15,372 nt of DNA from an uncultured Methanosarcinales archaeon. Lineage in GTDB: Archaea > Nanobdellota > Nanobdellia > Woesearchaeales > ARS49. Every line of letters begins with the position of its first letter. The stretch's first letter is position 1. Below, one piece after another: positions 6,599-15,372 of the stretch. The position numbers and the translations under genes were made by a program. Below the pieces are notes generated by a model, which saw nothing but the letters and a program-made list of their open reading frames with translations, was not told where the DNA came from and ran no database searches. The stretch is taken from assembly GCA_964637115.1 (NCBI GenBank), contig CAZWVL010000016.1:1-15372 (forward strand). Reading direction: 5' to 3'.

Positions 6599-7681
6599 TC
6601 AATCTAGCCATTCTTTATTCTTGATTTTCTCTGGCAGATACTTGTCAGAAATGAAACTAATGCCTCTGCTGCTGAGTGCCTGGATTTCTAGTTTTGCTTT
6701 CAATGTTTTCATCATTTTGAATTGTCTTTGCCAGGCTTTATGGTCTTTAAACCATTCATAATTTTGCAACTGCTCAAGCCTGGTCATGTCAACTTCTTTG
6801 AACGCAATCAAGTTTTTCTTCAATCCATATTTTTCTATGTCATCAACAGTGATTCCCAAGTATTTGGCATTTTGCAGGGTCATGCTCTCAGACATGTGTG
6901 CAAGATTGATTGAGCCGTACTTGAGTACTGAATAGATATAGTATCCGTATGGGTCTCCATCGCAAAGAACATAAATTGGCAAATCATGTTCCTGTGACAG
7001 CCGTTGCAACAGCCTTCTAATTCCACGGGTAGTCTGCCCTTGTGAGCTCATGATTATGCAGTTTTGTTTGTCCCAGAACTTGTCTTCGTGCAGTCTTTCC
7101 CAGACTGCTGCTTTTTCCATGTAAATTACGTATTTTGCCTTGACTTTTTTGAACTTAATTTCCTCAACATTTGATGGAATGCTCCATCCTCCCGAACCCA
7201 TTCTGCTCCAGTCTATCTCGTCGCCCTTGTCCTCAACGATAACGTGTCCTGCCACTGAGCCCATTTTATTTGCGTTGATGTTAAGTTGTTCTCTGCTCAA
7301 TCCAGTTAATACTTCTAAGTCTTCTATGGCATCGTCGCTTTCAGTCTGTTCATCGACAATGTTGATTTTTGTATTTGGAATTGTTCTCTTGATCATGTAG
7401 AACACGTCTCTGAGTGATGTATGCTTTCCTACTTCAAGCAATTCTTTGCTTGCAGCTGCAACTTCTAGAGTTTGTAAAAACTTCTTGCTGTGAGCGACAT
7501 TGAAGAAGTTTCTCTCGGATTTTTTGCTGCCTAATTGCAGCGTCTGAGATTTCTTGTCGTAATTGACGTTGCTGAGCGCTCTGATTGGAACATCCATTAT
7601 CGGCGGCTTGCTGGCAAGCACGTCTTTCGCTAGATCCTTTCCCAGCTCTTCAATGATTTCTTTTGGTTTTTTATTCGTCAT
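6599..7681 (-). CDS. top6A: DNA topoisomerase VI subunit A (Spo11-like)
   Basis: SLRDVFY (catalytic Tyr), EQTESD..IEDLE, YMEK.AV..RL, G..TR..RR, DGDPYG (TOPRIM DxD), KLEIQAL. ATG 7681 overlaps the top6B end. Confidence 0.97.
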   Translation of the reverse strand: MTNKKPKEIIEELGKDLAKDVLASKPPIMDVPIRALSNVNYDKKSQTLQLGSKKSERNFFNVAHSKKFLQTLEVAAASKELLEVGKHTSLRDVFYMIKRTIPNTKINIVDEQTESDDAIEDLEVLTGLSREQLNINANKMGSVAGHVIVEDKGDEIDWSRMGSGGWSIPSNVEEIKFKKVKAKYVIYMEKAAVWERLHEDKFWDKQNCIIMSSQGQTTRGIRRLLQRLSQEHDLPIYVLCDGDPYGYYIYSVLKYGSINLAHMSESMTLQNAKYLGITVDDIEKYGLKKNLIAFKEVDMTRLEQLQNYEWFKDHKAWQRQFKMMKTLKAKLEIQALSSRGISFISDKYLPEKIKNKEWLD

Positions 7682-9308
7682 CTTCAAATCCTGCGAGTTT
7701 TACTTGTTCTTCTTTGTCTTTCTTTTCTTTTGGTTCTACTTTGTGTGCTTCTTTGTGAGCTTGAATATATTCTTTGTTCTTCACAAGCATTTTTTGCATG
7801 GCTTCTTTGATTTTTTCCTTGCCTACTCCGCTTAATCTTGACAAGGCATCCGCTACTTCCGGTATGTAATTCTCGAATATGCTGACTCTTTCCTGTTGGT
7901 CTGCCACGCGTCTCTTCTTATTTACATAAGAGCCTAATTTTCTGCCGACCTCTTGCAAAGCCAGCTTCATTTCCTTGATAATCTCAGGATAGTGCGCTAT
8001 TGCCTCTTTTGCTTCTGAAGTGAATGACGGCCAGACTGAAACTAGTGAAATAACGAGCGTCAATGGTCCTTGTGGGAGTGCTCCTTGGCTTTGGCTGAGC
8101 CCGTATGGTCTCCAGTTTGTTTGGATTACTGATTTCGTGCTCGCACAGGCACCCTGCTGATACAATAATGGAACTCTGTTTGCAAATCTCAGTAATCTGA
8201 TGGGTTCGTCTGCTGCCTGTGAGCCGCCATATGCCAGTGCAACTTCAATGACAAATGGAATTCCTTTGTAAACATCTGGTGACCTTGACACTGCAGTGTA
8301 AAACTCAGCCGCAACTTCTTTTCTCAAGCCTCTCTCAAGTAAAACTTCTCCAATTGGCACGATGCAGTCTGTGCTTGGAGAAATTATCTTTGTGTTCTTG
8401 ATGCCTTCAACAAGCTTTTCCACGTGGGGTAATTGTAACTCGCCAGGCTTCATATTCGTGAAAAGTCCTGCTTTGTCGCAAATTTCTTTGGCTGTCTGTG
8501 GTCCTACTCTGCAGAATTCGTTCGTCAGGAAACTTTGTAATGTCCTGCATTCTGTATTTTTCAGCATCTTCAGCATAATGCCTAACTCGACCCCATATGG
8601 GTGTGGTTTAATCTCAGTAGGTTCTTTTGGTAATTTATCCGCTGCGCGCGGAAAAACTAATTGTTCTGCTTTAGGATTCGTGTAAACAATAGTTGCGTGC
8701 GGGTTTGCAATAGCCGTTTGTTTCAAATAAGAATCAACGCTTTGGTCTCCTTTTTGGTATGCTGCATCAATATCCAGTTCTATCTTGACTCCATTTTCTT
8801 TTTTCCAGTTTATTTCTTCATCTTTGATTATTTCTGGCTCGTTTTTTTGCGTGTCAATATGCAGCTCATAGTAATGGGCAGGGTCTTTTGGTGAAATTCT
8901 GCTCCAGATTTTTGCCGGCCTGCCGGTCGTGAGTTGTGCATACAAAACTGCTGCTGAAATTCCAATTCCCTGCTGGCCTCTGGCCTGCTTCATCGTGTGG
9001 AACTTGCTTCCATATAGCAATTTTGCAAAAATATTTGGAATCTGTTTCTTGACAATGCCCGGGCCGTTATCCTCGACTGTTATTCTGTACCTGTCATTGC
9101 CCATTTCCACTATCTGAATTTGTATCTCAGGCATTATTTTTGCTTCTTCGCACGCGTCAAGTGCGTTGTCGACTGCTTCCTTCACCACAGTCAACAAAGC
9201 TTTTCTTTTGTTGTCAAATCCTAGAAGATGTCTGTTTCTTTCAAAGAATTCTGCAACAGAAATGTCTTTCTGTTTTTTCGCCAGTTCTTCTGCTATTGGT
9301 TTGGTCAT
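7671..9308 (-). CDS. top6B: DNA topoisomerase VI subunit B (GHKL ATPase)
   Basis: SVAEFFERN...[29 protein letters not shown]...[32 protein letters not shown]. Confidence 0.98.
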   Translation of the reverse strand: MTKPIAEELAKKQKDISVAEFFERNRHLLGFDNKRKALLTVVKEAVDNALDACEEAKIMPEIQIQIVEMGNDRYRITVEDNGPGIVKKQIPNIFAKLLYGSKFHTMKQARGQQGIGISAAVLYAQLTTGRPAKIWSRISPKDPAHYYELHIDTQKNEPEIIKDEEINWKKENGVKIELDIDAAYQKGDQSVDSYLKQTAIANPHATIVYTNPKAEQLVFPRAADKLPKEPTEIKPHPYGVELGIMLKMLKNTECRTLQSFLTNEFCRVGPQTAKEICDKAGLFTNMKPGELQLPHVEKLVEGIKNTKIISPSTDCIVPIGEVLLERGLRKEVAAEFYTAVSRSPDVYKGIPFVIEVALAYGGSQAADEPIRLLRFANRVPLLYQQGACASTKSVIQTNWRPYGLSQSQGALPQGPLTLVISLVSVWPSFTSEAKEAIAHYPEIIKEMKLALQEVGRKLGSYVNKKRRVADQQERVSIFENYIPEVADALSRLSGVGKEKIKEAMQKMLVKNKEYIQAHKEAHKVEPKEKKDKEEQVKLAGFEDDE

Positions 9309-9856
9309 ATTAGTTCTTTGTGTCTTCGTTCTCTTCTTTTTCTTTCTAAAATCTTGTAAACGTGTGCGTGTGAGCTGCCTGTTAGCAAGTTTTCAATTGA
9401 TTTGCGCGCATCGGCAATGTAATCCGCCGGTCCTATAATGCCTATTGTCTTGCCAAACACGCAAATGTTTACTTGTGCGAGCTCCTCGATTGTTCTCCTG
9501 CTTTTTCCGCCTTCTCCGATGACCCTGCCTCTTAATCTTTCAAGGTCATTTGGATTTCGCGCAAAGTCTGATATTGAAATGAATTCGATAGCGTAATCTT
9601 GTTTTAACAGCTGTCTTGCAATATCCGGATTAAATCCTCTGCCTATGGCGCGAATCATTTCGCGTGCCAAGTACAGTAGCAGGGCTTCTTCGCCAACTAT
9701 TCGAATCTCGCCTTCTTGGCTGTTTATGGTGAGTTTTGTTTTCGTTTCGTGCTCAATGCTTCGCTTTGTTTCGCCTTTCTTGCCGATGAGCACTGCTACG
9801 CGTTCTTTCGGAATGCGTAGCTCGTATGAAAACTCCTTCTGGGGAGTGGAGGCCAT
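9305..9856 (-). CDS. dim2: KH-domain pre-rRNA processing protein, archaeal Dim2/Pno1 family
   Basis: [46 protein letters not shown]; directly upstream of top6B. Start set to ATG 9856; the track's upstream 22 codons span the promoter. Confidence 0.92.
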   Translation of the reverse strand: MASTPQKEFSYELRIPKERVAVLIGKKGETKRSIEHETKTKLTINSQEGEIRIVGEEALLLYLAREMIRAIGRGFNPDIARQLLKQDYAIEFISISDFARNPNDLERLRGRVIGEGGKSRRTIEELAQVNICVFGKTIGIIGPADYIADARKSIENLLTGSSHAHVYKILERKRRERRHKELI

Positions 9857-9879
9857 GGCTTTGAAGGAAAAGCAGGGCT

Positions 9880-9887
9880 TTTTAAAA
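9880..9887 (-). promoter_or_regulatory. TATA box for a leaderless dim2-top6B-top6A transcript
   Basis: Minus-strand TTTTAAAA ends 24 nt before the A of ATG 9856; no SD in between. Confidence 0.6.
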
Positions 9888-9905
9888 GTTGCTATTGGCT
9901 CACAT

Positions 9906-9919
9906 AAAAGCATATAAAT
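9906..9919 (+). promoter_or_regulatory. Candidate BRE/TATA for thyA-folA-glyA
   Basis: AAAAGC-ATATAAAT, 38 nt upstream of the thyA ATG in the divergent intergenic region. Confidence 0.4.
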
Positions 9920-9957
9920 CACTTCTTTATTGCTCCTAACAAGGGTGTAAAAGAGAG

Positions 9958-10887
9958 ATGAAGCAATACTTAGACCTTTTGAGACACATATTGGAAAACG
10001 GCACTAAGAAAGATGACCGTACAAAGGTTGGCACGCAGAGCATTTTTGGCTATCAGATGCGTTTTGATTTATCAAAAGGCTTTCCTCTTATGACAACAAA
10101 GAAAGTATACATACGTGCCATTATACATGAATTATTGTGGTTTCTTAAGGGCGAAACAAACATCCAATATCTTGCCCAAAACGATGTAAAGATTTGGAAT
10201 GAGTGGGCATACCAGATTTATTTGGAGCAAAATAACCTTGTAGAGAAATATCCGCGTTATTCTGATGCTTGGAAAGCAAAAATGGATGAATTTATTGAGA
10301 ATATTAAGAAAGATGACGCATTTGCAAAAAAATGGGGTGAGCTTGGACCAATTTATGGCAAGCAGTGGAGAGGCTGGGAAACAGCACGCGGAGAAAAAAT
10401 TGACCAAATTCAAAACGTTATTGACTTAATAAAAAATGATCCTACTTCTCGAAGAATTATGGTCAGTGGATGGAATGTTGGCGAGATTCAGGAGTTGATC
10501 AGAAACCATCACCATGCTCCTCCTCCTTGTCATTCATTGTTCCAGTTTATGGTTATTAATGGAAAATTGTCCTGTCAGCTCTATCAGAGAAGTGCTGACG
10601 TATTTTTAGGTGTTCCTTTCAATATCGCTTCATATGCATTATTGACCCTGATGATAGCACAAGTAACAGGTTTACAACTAGGCGAATTTATTCACACATT
10701 TGGCGACGTGCATATTTATTCGAATCATGTCGACCAAGTAAAAGAGCAATTGTCTAGAGAGCTAAGACCGCTTCCTACTATGAAATTGAATCCTAAGGTG
10801 AAATCTATTTTTGACTTCAAATTTGAGGACTTCGAATTGGTAGACTACAATCCACATCCGCCAATCAAGGCTCCGATCGCAGTATGA
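9958..10887 (+). CDS. thyA: Thymidylate synthase ThyA (bacterial type, with small-domain insertion)
   Basis: [58 protein letters not shown] catalytic Cys, [26 protein letters not shown]. Confidence 0.98.
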   Translation: MKQYLDLLRHILENGTKKDDRTKVGTQSIFGYQMRFDLSKGFPLMTTKKVYIRAIIHELLWFLKGETNIQYLAQNDVKIWNEWAYQIYLEQNNLVEKYPRYSDAWKAKMDEFIENIKKDDAFAKKWGELGPIYGKQWRGWETARGEKIDQIQNVIDLIKNDPTSRRIMVSGWNVGEIQELIRNHHHAPPPCHSLFQFMVINGKLSCQLYQRSADVFLGVPFNIASYALLTLMIAQVTGLQLGEFIHTFGDVHIYSNHVDQVKEQLSRELRPLPTMKLNPKVKSIFDFKFEDFELVDYNPHPPIKAPIAV

Positions 10888-11345
10888 TAAACATAATCGC
10901 TGCCATGTCAAAAAACCGCGTTATCGGTAAAAATAACAAGCTGCCGTGGCATATTCACGATGATATGAAGAATTTTAAGAAGCTTACCAGCAATAATGTT
11001 GTCATTATGGGCAGGAAAACTTTTGAGAGCATTGGCAAGCCCCTGCCAAACAGAATAAACATTGTCATCAGCTCTTCAATGCCTGAGAAAGAGGGAATAA
11101 TTGTCTGCCACGACATTCCTTCAGCGTTGGAAAAGGCGCGTTCATATAACAAGGAGATTTTTATTATTGGCGGTGCAACAATTTATCAGCAGACTATTCC
11201 GTGGGCAGACCGTATGTATCTTTCATATGTTAAGGGGGACCATGACGGCGACGCCTTTTTTCCGCAGTATGACGAAAGTCTGTGGCGTGTTGAGAAGCGC
11301 GAGGACTTTCCAGATTTTGAGCTCGTTACGTACGTGAAAAAATGA
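10884..11345 (+). CDS. folA: Dihydrofolate reductase
   Basis: IAAM..NRVIG.NN.LPWH...D...[38 protein letters not shown]; ATGA overlap with thyA. Confidence 0.97.
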   Translation: MINIIAAMSKNRVIGKNNKLPWHIHDDMKNFKKLTSNNVVIMGRKTFESIGKPLPNRINIVISSSMPEKEGIIVCHDIPSALEKARSYNKEIFIIGGATIYQQTIPWADRMYLSYVKGDHDGDAFFPQYDESLWRVEKREDFPDFELVTYVKK

Positions 11346-12607
11346 AAGAAGTGCAAAAATACGACAAGGAAGTGTATGACGCAATGATGAAAGAGCTTGA
11401 AAGACAGCAGAATGTCATAGAGCTTATCGCTTCTGAAAATATTGTCAGCAAAGCTGTTCTCGAAGCAACTGGCAGCTGGCTGACAAATAAGTACAGTGAA
11501 GGAACACCCAACAAAAGATACTATGGCGGAAACCAGTTCGTCGATATAACAGAATCGTTAGCTATTGAAAGAGCGAAAAAATTATTTGGTGCAGAGCATG
11601 CCAATGTGCAGTCTCATTCAGGCAGCCAGGCAAACATGTCAGCATATCTCTCAATATTAAATCCTGGAGATACAATCCTTGGAATGGACTTGGCGCATGG
11701 AGGGCATCTGACACACGGAAGTCCTGTGAACTTTTCAGGCAGATTATTCAAATTTGTATCGTATGGAGTGGAAAAAGATACAGAAAGAATAAATATGGAT
11801 GCTGTTCGGGAATTAGCGCTGCATCACAAGCCAAAATTAATTCTTGCAGGCTTTTCAGCATACCCTCGTCATCTTGACTTTAAGGAATTCAGGCACATTG
11901 CAGAACAAGTTGGTGCATATTTCCTGGTAGATATGGCGCACGTGGCAGGATTGGTTGCAGCAAAATTATCTCCAGACCCTGTGCCATACGCAGACATCGT
12001 AACGACCACCACCCACAAGACATTGAGAGGCCCAAGAGGAGGAATGATACTCTCAAAAACGCAGGACAGATTAAATCCAAATGACAAGAAAAATCTGGCA
12101 CAAAAGATTGATTCTTCAGTTTTTCCAGGAAGTCAGGGAGGACCATTGGATCATGTAATTGCAGCAAAAGCAGTGGCGTTGAAAGAAGCATTAGAGCCAA
12201 GTTTTGTTGGTTATCAAAGACAGATATTGAAAAATGCACAAGCCCTGGCATCAGTTCTAAACGATAATGGTTTCAGATTGGTGTCTGGAGGAACTGACAA
12301 TCACCTAATATTAGCCGATGTGACAACAAAAGGAATAACCGGAAAACAAGCACAGAATGCTTTAGACGAAGCCAACATTTGTTGCAACAAGAACATGATT
12401 CCGTTTGACACGAGAACACCCTTTGATCCCTCAGGCATCCGCATAGGCACTCCTGCAACCACAACGCGCGGTATGAAAGAAACCGAGATGGAGCAGATTG
12501 GCAACTGGATTTCTACAGTGCTGAAAAATCCAGCTGACAAGCACACAATCGAGGGCATTAGAAAAGAAGTTATTTCAATGTGCAAGCGTTTTCCGTTGCC
12601 GTACTAA
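11342..12607 (+). CDS. glyA: Serine hydroxymethyltransferase (bacterial/THF type)
   Basis: [55 protein letters not shown] (PLP Lys), [29 protein letters not shown]; ATGA overlap with folA. Confidence 0.98.
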   Translation: MKEVQKYDKEVYDAMMKELERQQNVIELIASENIVSKAVLEATGSWLTNKYSEGTPNKRYYGGNQFVDITESLAIERAKKLFGAEHANVQSHSGSQANMSAYLSILNPGDTILGMDLAHGGHLTHGSPVNFSGRLFKFVSYGVEKDTERINMDAVRELALHHKPKLILAGFSAYPRHLDFKEFRHIAEQVGAYFLVDMAHVAGLVAAKLSPDPVPYADIVTTTTHKTLRGPRGGMILSKTQDRLNPNDKKNLAQKIDSSVFPGSQGGPLDHVIAAKAVALKEALEPSFVGYQRQILKNAQALASVLNDNGFRLVSGGTDNHLILADVTTKGITGKQAQNALDEANICCNKNMIPFDTRTPFDPSGIRIGTPATTTRGMKETEMEQIGNWISTVLKNPADKHTIEGIRKEVISMCKRFPLPY

Positions 12608-13741
12608 ACTTTCCTTAATATTTCCCACCAGATAACAGCTGCCAACAACAAAAATAATGTCTCCAGGCTGCGCAATCTTTTTCGCATATTGATACGCTTC
12701 TCCAGGCTCTTCAATTATCGTGACTTCCCGATTAAACGGCAATTCTTTTGGTTCGATTGTTCTTTCAGATTTTGGTTTTGTCAAAATAACAACATCTGCT
12801 TTCGGCAATGACTCAATCATGCATTTGTAATCCTTGTCCTTCAGCACTCCAAAAACCAAAATTAATCTCTTTTTCGGCAATGCATTCACAAACGGCGCTG
12901 TTGCTTGTATTGCCGCGGGATTGTGCCCGCAATCCACAAGCACATTTTTCTCCATCCATTCCAGTCTGCCTGCCCATTGCGCTGAAGCAAGTCCTTTTTC
13001 AATTATATCTTCTTTAACGTTAAGTAATTCGCATACTTTTTTCGCAATACCCGCATTTTTCTTCTGGAATTCTCCAAGTAATTTGATTCTTCCCTCGTAT
13101 GGTGGCGCGATAAACAGCTGATTTCCCTGCTGTTTGCATTTTTCTTGTATCCACTGCAATCCCGCATTGCCCTCACACGTTACAACTTTGGAACCTTTTT
13201 TGATAATGCCGCATTTATCCTTAGAAATCTTCTCAATAGTATCTCCAAGAATGTGCATATGGTCTAATCCAATGTTTGTTAGCACTGCAATCTCTGCATC
13301 AACGACATTAGTACTGTCAAGTGTGCCACCCAATCCTACTTCTAGGACTACAAAATCAACTTTGTGCTTTACGAAATGCAATATGCCCATAACAGTCGCG
13401 TATTCAAAGAAAGTAAGCTGCACACCAGTATTTCGTGTCTTTTCAATCAGTTCTGCTAATTCTTCATCTGTTGCATTTTTCCGGTTGACTTGTAGTCGTT
13501 CATTGAACGTAACCAAATGCGGAGAAGTAAATAATCCTACTTTGTATCCTGCCAATTGCAATGTATCTGCAATGAATGCACCGGTGCTCCCCTTACCATT
13601 CGTGCCAGTTATATGAATGAATCGCAACTTCTTTTGCGGATTGTCTAATTTGGCTAGTGCATCAAACGTCGGCTGTAATCCCAGCTTCATCTTGTGCTCT
13701 TTTAGCTGGTACAAATGTTCTAACTGTTCTTTGACCCCCAT
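12575..13741 (-). CDS. folC: Folylpolyglutamate synthase / dihydrofolate synthase
   Basis: [12 protein letters not shown] (P-loop), FTSPHL..FNER, TFFE..T, LEVGLGG.LDSTNV, IGLDH..ILG.T.E.I...K.GI, W.GRLE, DCGHNP, KDKD, GS.YLVG. Confidence 0.95.
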   Translation of the reverse strand: MGVKEQLEHLYQLKEHKMKLGLQPTFDALAKLDNPQKKLRFIHITGTNGKGSTGAFIADTLQLAGYKVGLFTSPHLVTFNERLQVNRKNATDEELAELIEKTRNTGVQLTFFEYATVMGILHFVKHKVDFVVLEVGLGGTLDSTNVVDAEIAVLTNIGLDHMHILGDTIEKISKDKCGIIKKGSKVVTCEGNAGLQWIQEKCKQQGNQLFIAPPYEGRIKLLGEFQKKNAGIAKKVCELLNVKEDIIEKGLASAQWAGRLEWMEKNVLVDCGHNPAAIQATAPFVNALPKKRLILVFGVLKDKDYKCMIESLPKADVVILTKPKSERTIEPKELPFNREVTIIEEPGEAYQYAKKIAQPGDIIFVVGSCYLVGNIKESLVRQRKTLAH

Positions 13742-13763
13742 AGTATCGTCGAGAAAAATCCCC

Positions 13764-14480
13764 CTATTTAACTCTTTTTATCATTTTCAATACTTTCTCT
13801 TCATCTGACTTTACTCCAAACTTCTGGAACAGCTTGCAAATATTGTGTATGTCTCTTTTCAAAAACATCTCGGCATTTGGATCGTCAAGCGGAGTTGTCT
13901 GTGACATGTCAATCAACACCGGTTTTTCGTGATGATTTAGAATATTAAACCCGCTCAAATCCGCATGCACTAGCCCTGCTTTGTACAGTCTTCTCATTTG
14001 TTCAACAATTTCCTTAAAGAATGCCTCTGCATCTTCAGGCGGTGAATCCTTCAATTTCCGTGCAGCCTGTTCATCTCCAATAAATTCCATAATAAGAATG
14101 TTCTGCAAGACTGCATATGGTGTTGGTACTCTGACTTCTGCTTCGCGTGCTTTCAGCAAATTTCTGTATTCTCTGTGCGCCCAGGCAAAAATAACATCTC
14201 GTCTTTTGCTGCTTAATCCAGAATATCTTGGGTCTGCCTTGATGTAGTCATACATTCTGTTGAAATCGCATGTTTGCAATCTGTAAATCTTGGCAATTCG
14301 AATCTCGCCATCTTTTTTCGCTGTGAAAACATTTGATTCTTTGCCGATACTAAGCGGGCTATGTAATCCATCAATATATCCTTGGGAAATAAGTTTGAAA
14401 ATGTTCTTTTCTGTGAACAAGTCAAAGACATTTTTGAGGGTTTTGAAGCCTTCGCGGTGCTTTGTTCCCATTCGTGGCAT
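13764..14480 (-). CDS. rio1: RIO1-family atypical Ser/Thr kinase
   Basis: SIGKESNVF, AKIYR, WA.REYRNL, P.P......IL.MEFIG, LVHADLS.FNIL, IDMSQ, RDI.NI; no Rio2 winged-helix N-terminus. ATG 14480 is 1 nt after the upstream stop; Met at 14471 is an alternative. Confidence 0.95.
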   Translation of the reverse strand: MPRMGTKHREGFKTLKNVFDLFTEKNIFKLISQGYIDGLHSPLSIGKESNVFTAKKDGEIRIAKIYRLQTCDFNRMYDYIKADPRYSGLSSKRRDVIFAWAHREYRNLLKAREAEVRVPTPYAVLQNILIMEFIGDEQAARKLKDSPPEDAEAFFKEIVEQMRRLYKAGLVHADLSGFNILNHHEKPVLIDMSQTTPLDDPNAEMFLKRDIHNICKLFQKFGVKSDEEKVLKMIKRVK

Positions 14481-14481
14481 G

Positions 14482-15372
14482 TTACTTGAACCACTTGGCG
14501 AATTGTTTCACGCCTTGTTCTATTGGCGTTACTGGTTCCCATCCAAGAAGTTTCTGTGCTTTTTTCGTGTCAGCGTAAGTTATTGGTACATCGCCCATGG
14601 GTAGTGGCGCTCTTTTCGTGCGTGCCTTCTTTCCAAGCGTCTTTTCCAGCAACGAAACCAGATAACTAACAGGCACTGGCTTTGAATTTCCTAAATTTAT
14701 TATTTCAAATCCGAATTTCTCAACATTATCCAGCGCTTTTATCGTTCCGTCAACAATATCTCCTACAAATGTCCAGTCTCTTTTTATTTCGTCGCCTTTT
14801 CCATAAAGTGTAATTTCCTTTCCACTTTTAATCTTCTCCGCAAAAGTGTAAATCGCCATGTCCGGCCTGTTTCGCGGTCCGTAAACAGTAAAGTATCGTA
14901 AAGCAACAATATGCATTCCTGCAACATGATGGTAATTTGCTGAAAGCACCTCACAGCTTTTCTTCGTCGCTGCGTATGGCGAGTATGGATTATCTACTCT
15001 ATCATCCTCAGAAAACGGCACTTTCTTGTTTCCGCCATAAACAGATGAAGAACTTGCAAACACAAAATGTAAAATGCCGTGCTTTCTGCAAGCTTCAAGT
15101 AAGTTTGCAGTTCCTACAACATTGCTTCTTACATACTCAAGCGGATTCTTCAATGACGGCTGCACTCCAGCTCTTGCTGCAAGATGCAATATCTTGTCTG
15201 GTTTTTCTTTTTTGATTATTTTTTCAACATCGTCAAAGTTTCCAATGTCCTTTTCATATAAAACAAAATTCTTGTTTTTCTTGTGCGCAGAAATATTCGC
15301 CTTCTTGATCTTTGCATCATAGAAATCATTGAAATTATCCACACAAACTACTTTATCCCCTCTCTTGAGCAG
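14482..15372 (-). CDS. NAD-dependent NDP-sugar epimerase/dehydratase (UDP-glucuronate 4-epimerase-like), 5' end outside window
   Basis: The frame is open to the window edge (LLKRGDKVVCVDNFNDFY...). HLAARAGV, ASSSSVYG, YAATK (YxxxK), LRYFTVYGP..RPDMA, RDWTFV.DIV, GDV..T.AD. Confidence 0.9.
   Translation of the reverse strand: MLKRGDKVVCVDNFNDFYDAKIKKANISAHKKNKNFVLYEKDIGNFDDVEKIIKKEKPDKILHLAARAGVQPSLKNPLEYVRSNVVGTANLLEACRKHGILHFVFASSSSVYGGNKKVPFSEDDRVDNPYSPYAATKKSCEVLSANYHHVAGMHIVALRYFTVYGPRNRPDMAIYTFAEKIKSGKEITLYGKGDEIKRDWTFVGDIVDGTIKALDNVEKFGFEIINLGNSKPVPVSYLVSLLEKTLGKKARTKRAPLPMGDVPITYADTKKAQKLLGWEPVTPIEQGVKQFAKWFK

Noticed and set aside
7674-7810. Low-complexity T/C-rich tract on the plus strand
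   Set aside because: It is the reverse complement of the Lys/Glu-rich C-terminal tail of Top6B, not a repeat array.
6599-9308. Top6A/Top6B as a Spo11-like or defence-associated (e.g. Wadjet/Gabija-type TOPRIM) system
   Set aside because: Both subunits are full-length canonical Topo VI with the usual dim2 linkage; this is housekeeping.
11342-12607. glyA is A-rich and uses mostly AGA for Arg, whereas rps13 uses mostly CGT; considered as evidence of recent HGT
   Set aside because: The native-looking top6B also uses AGA in the stretches I read, so the contrast is better explained by expression-level codon bias. No formal computation was done.
13945-13962. Rio1 catalytic loop reads DLSGFN rather than DLSEYN
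   Set aside because: The catalytic Asp and Asn, the HxD context and the downstream IDxxQ are intact; the changed positions are variable, so this is not evidence of a pseudokinase.
224-15322. Numerous alternative-frame and antisense ORFs in the track (e.g. 224-613, 1907-2326, 2545-2916, 8362-8685, 11889-12251, 13134-13616)
   Set aside because: All lie inside confidently identified genes, have no recognisable motifs or SD, and are expected shadows of real coding sequence.
1-15372. CRISPR arrays, IS elements, tRNA introns, selenocysteine/pyrrolysine or frameshift recoding
   Set aside because: I saw no spaced direct repeats, transposase motifs, bulge-helix-bulge introns or interrupted reading frames; every recognised gene is intact under the standard code.

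Overview
Gene-dense archaeal window. The protein styles and compact layout suggest a DPANN (Woesearchaeota-like) genome, but that assignment is inference. The left part is the conserved archaeal ribosomal/RNAP cluster rps13-rps4-rps11-rpoD-tRNA-Leu(GAG)-rpl18e-rpl13-rps9-rpoN. It runs, by overlapping stop/start codons, into a CYTH-family protein and an Sfm1-like SPOUT methyltransferase. An orphan LivK-type solute-binding lipoprotein, tRNA-Arg(TCT) and a 67-aa membrane protein follow. The right part is the minus-strand rio1-dim2(KH)-top6B-top6A cluster, split between rio1 and dim2 by a ~3.8-kb bacterial-type folate/thymidylate module (thyA-folA-glyA on +, folC on -), with a truncated NDP-sugar epimerase at the edge. 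I found no mobile element, CRISPR array or defence system. Most genes are housekeeping. The best leads are the dTMP-cycle module and where it sits, the Sfm1-like/CYTH pair in the ribosomal operon, two structured r-protein leaders, Gly at the uS11 isoAsp position, and an RpoD lacking its metal-binding Cys. All family calls come from motif recognition; no database search was run.
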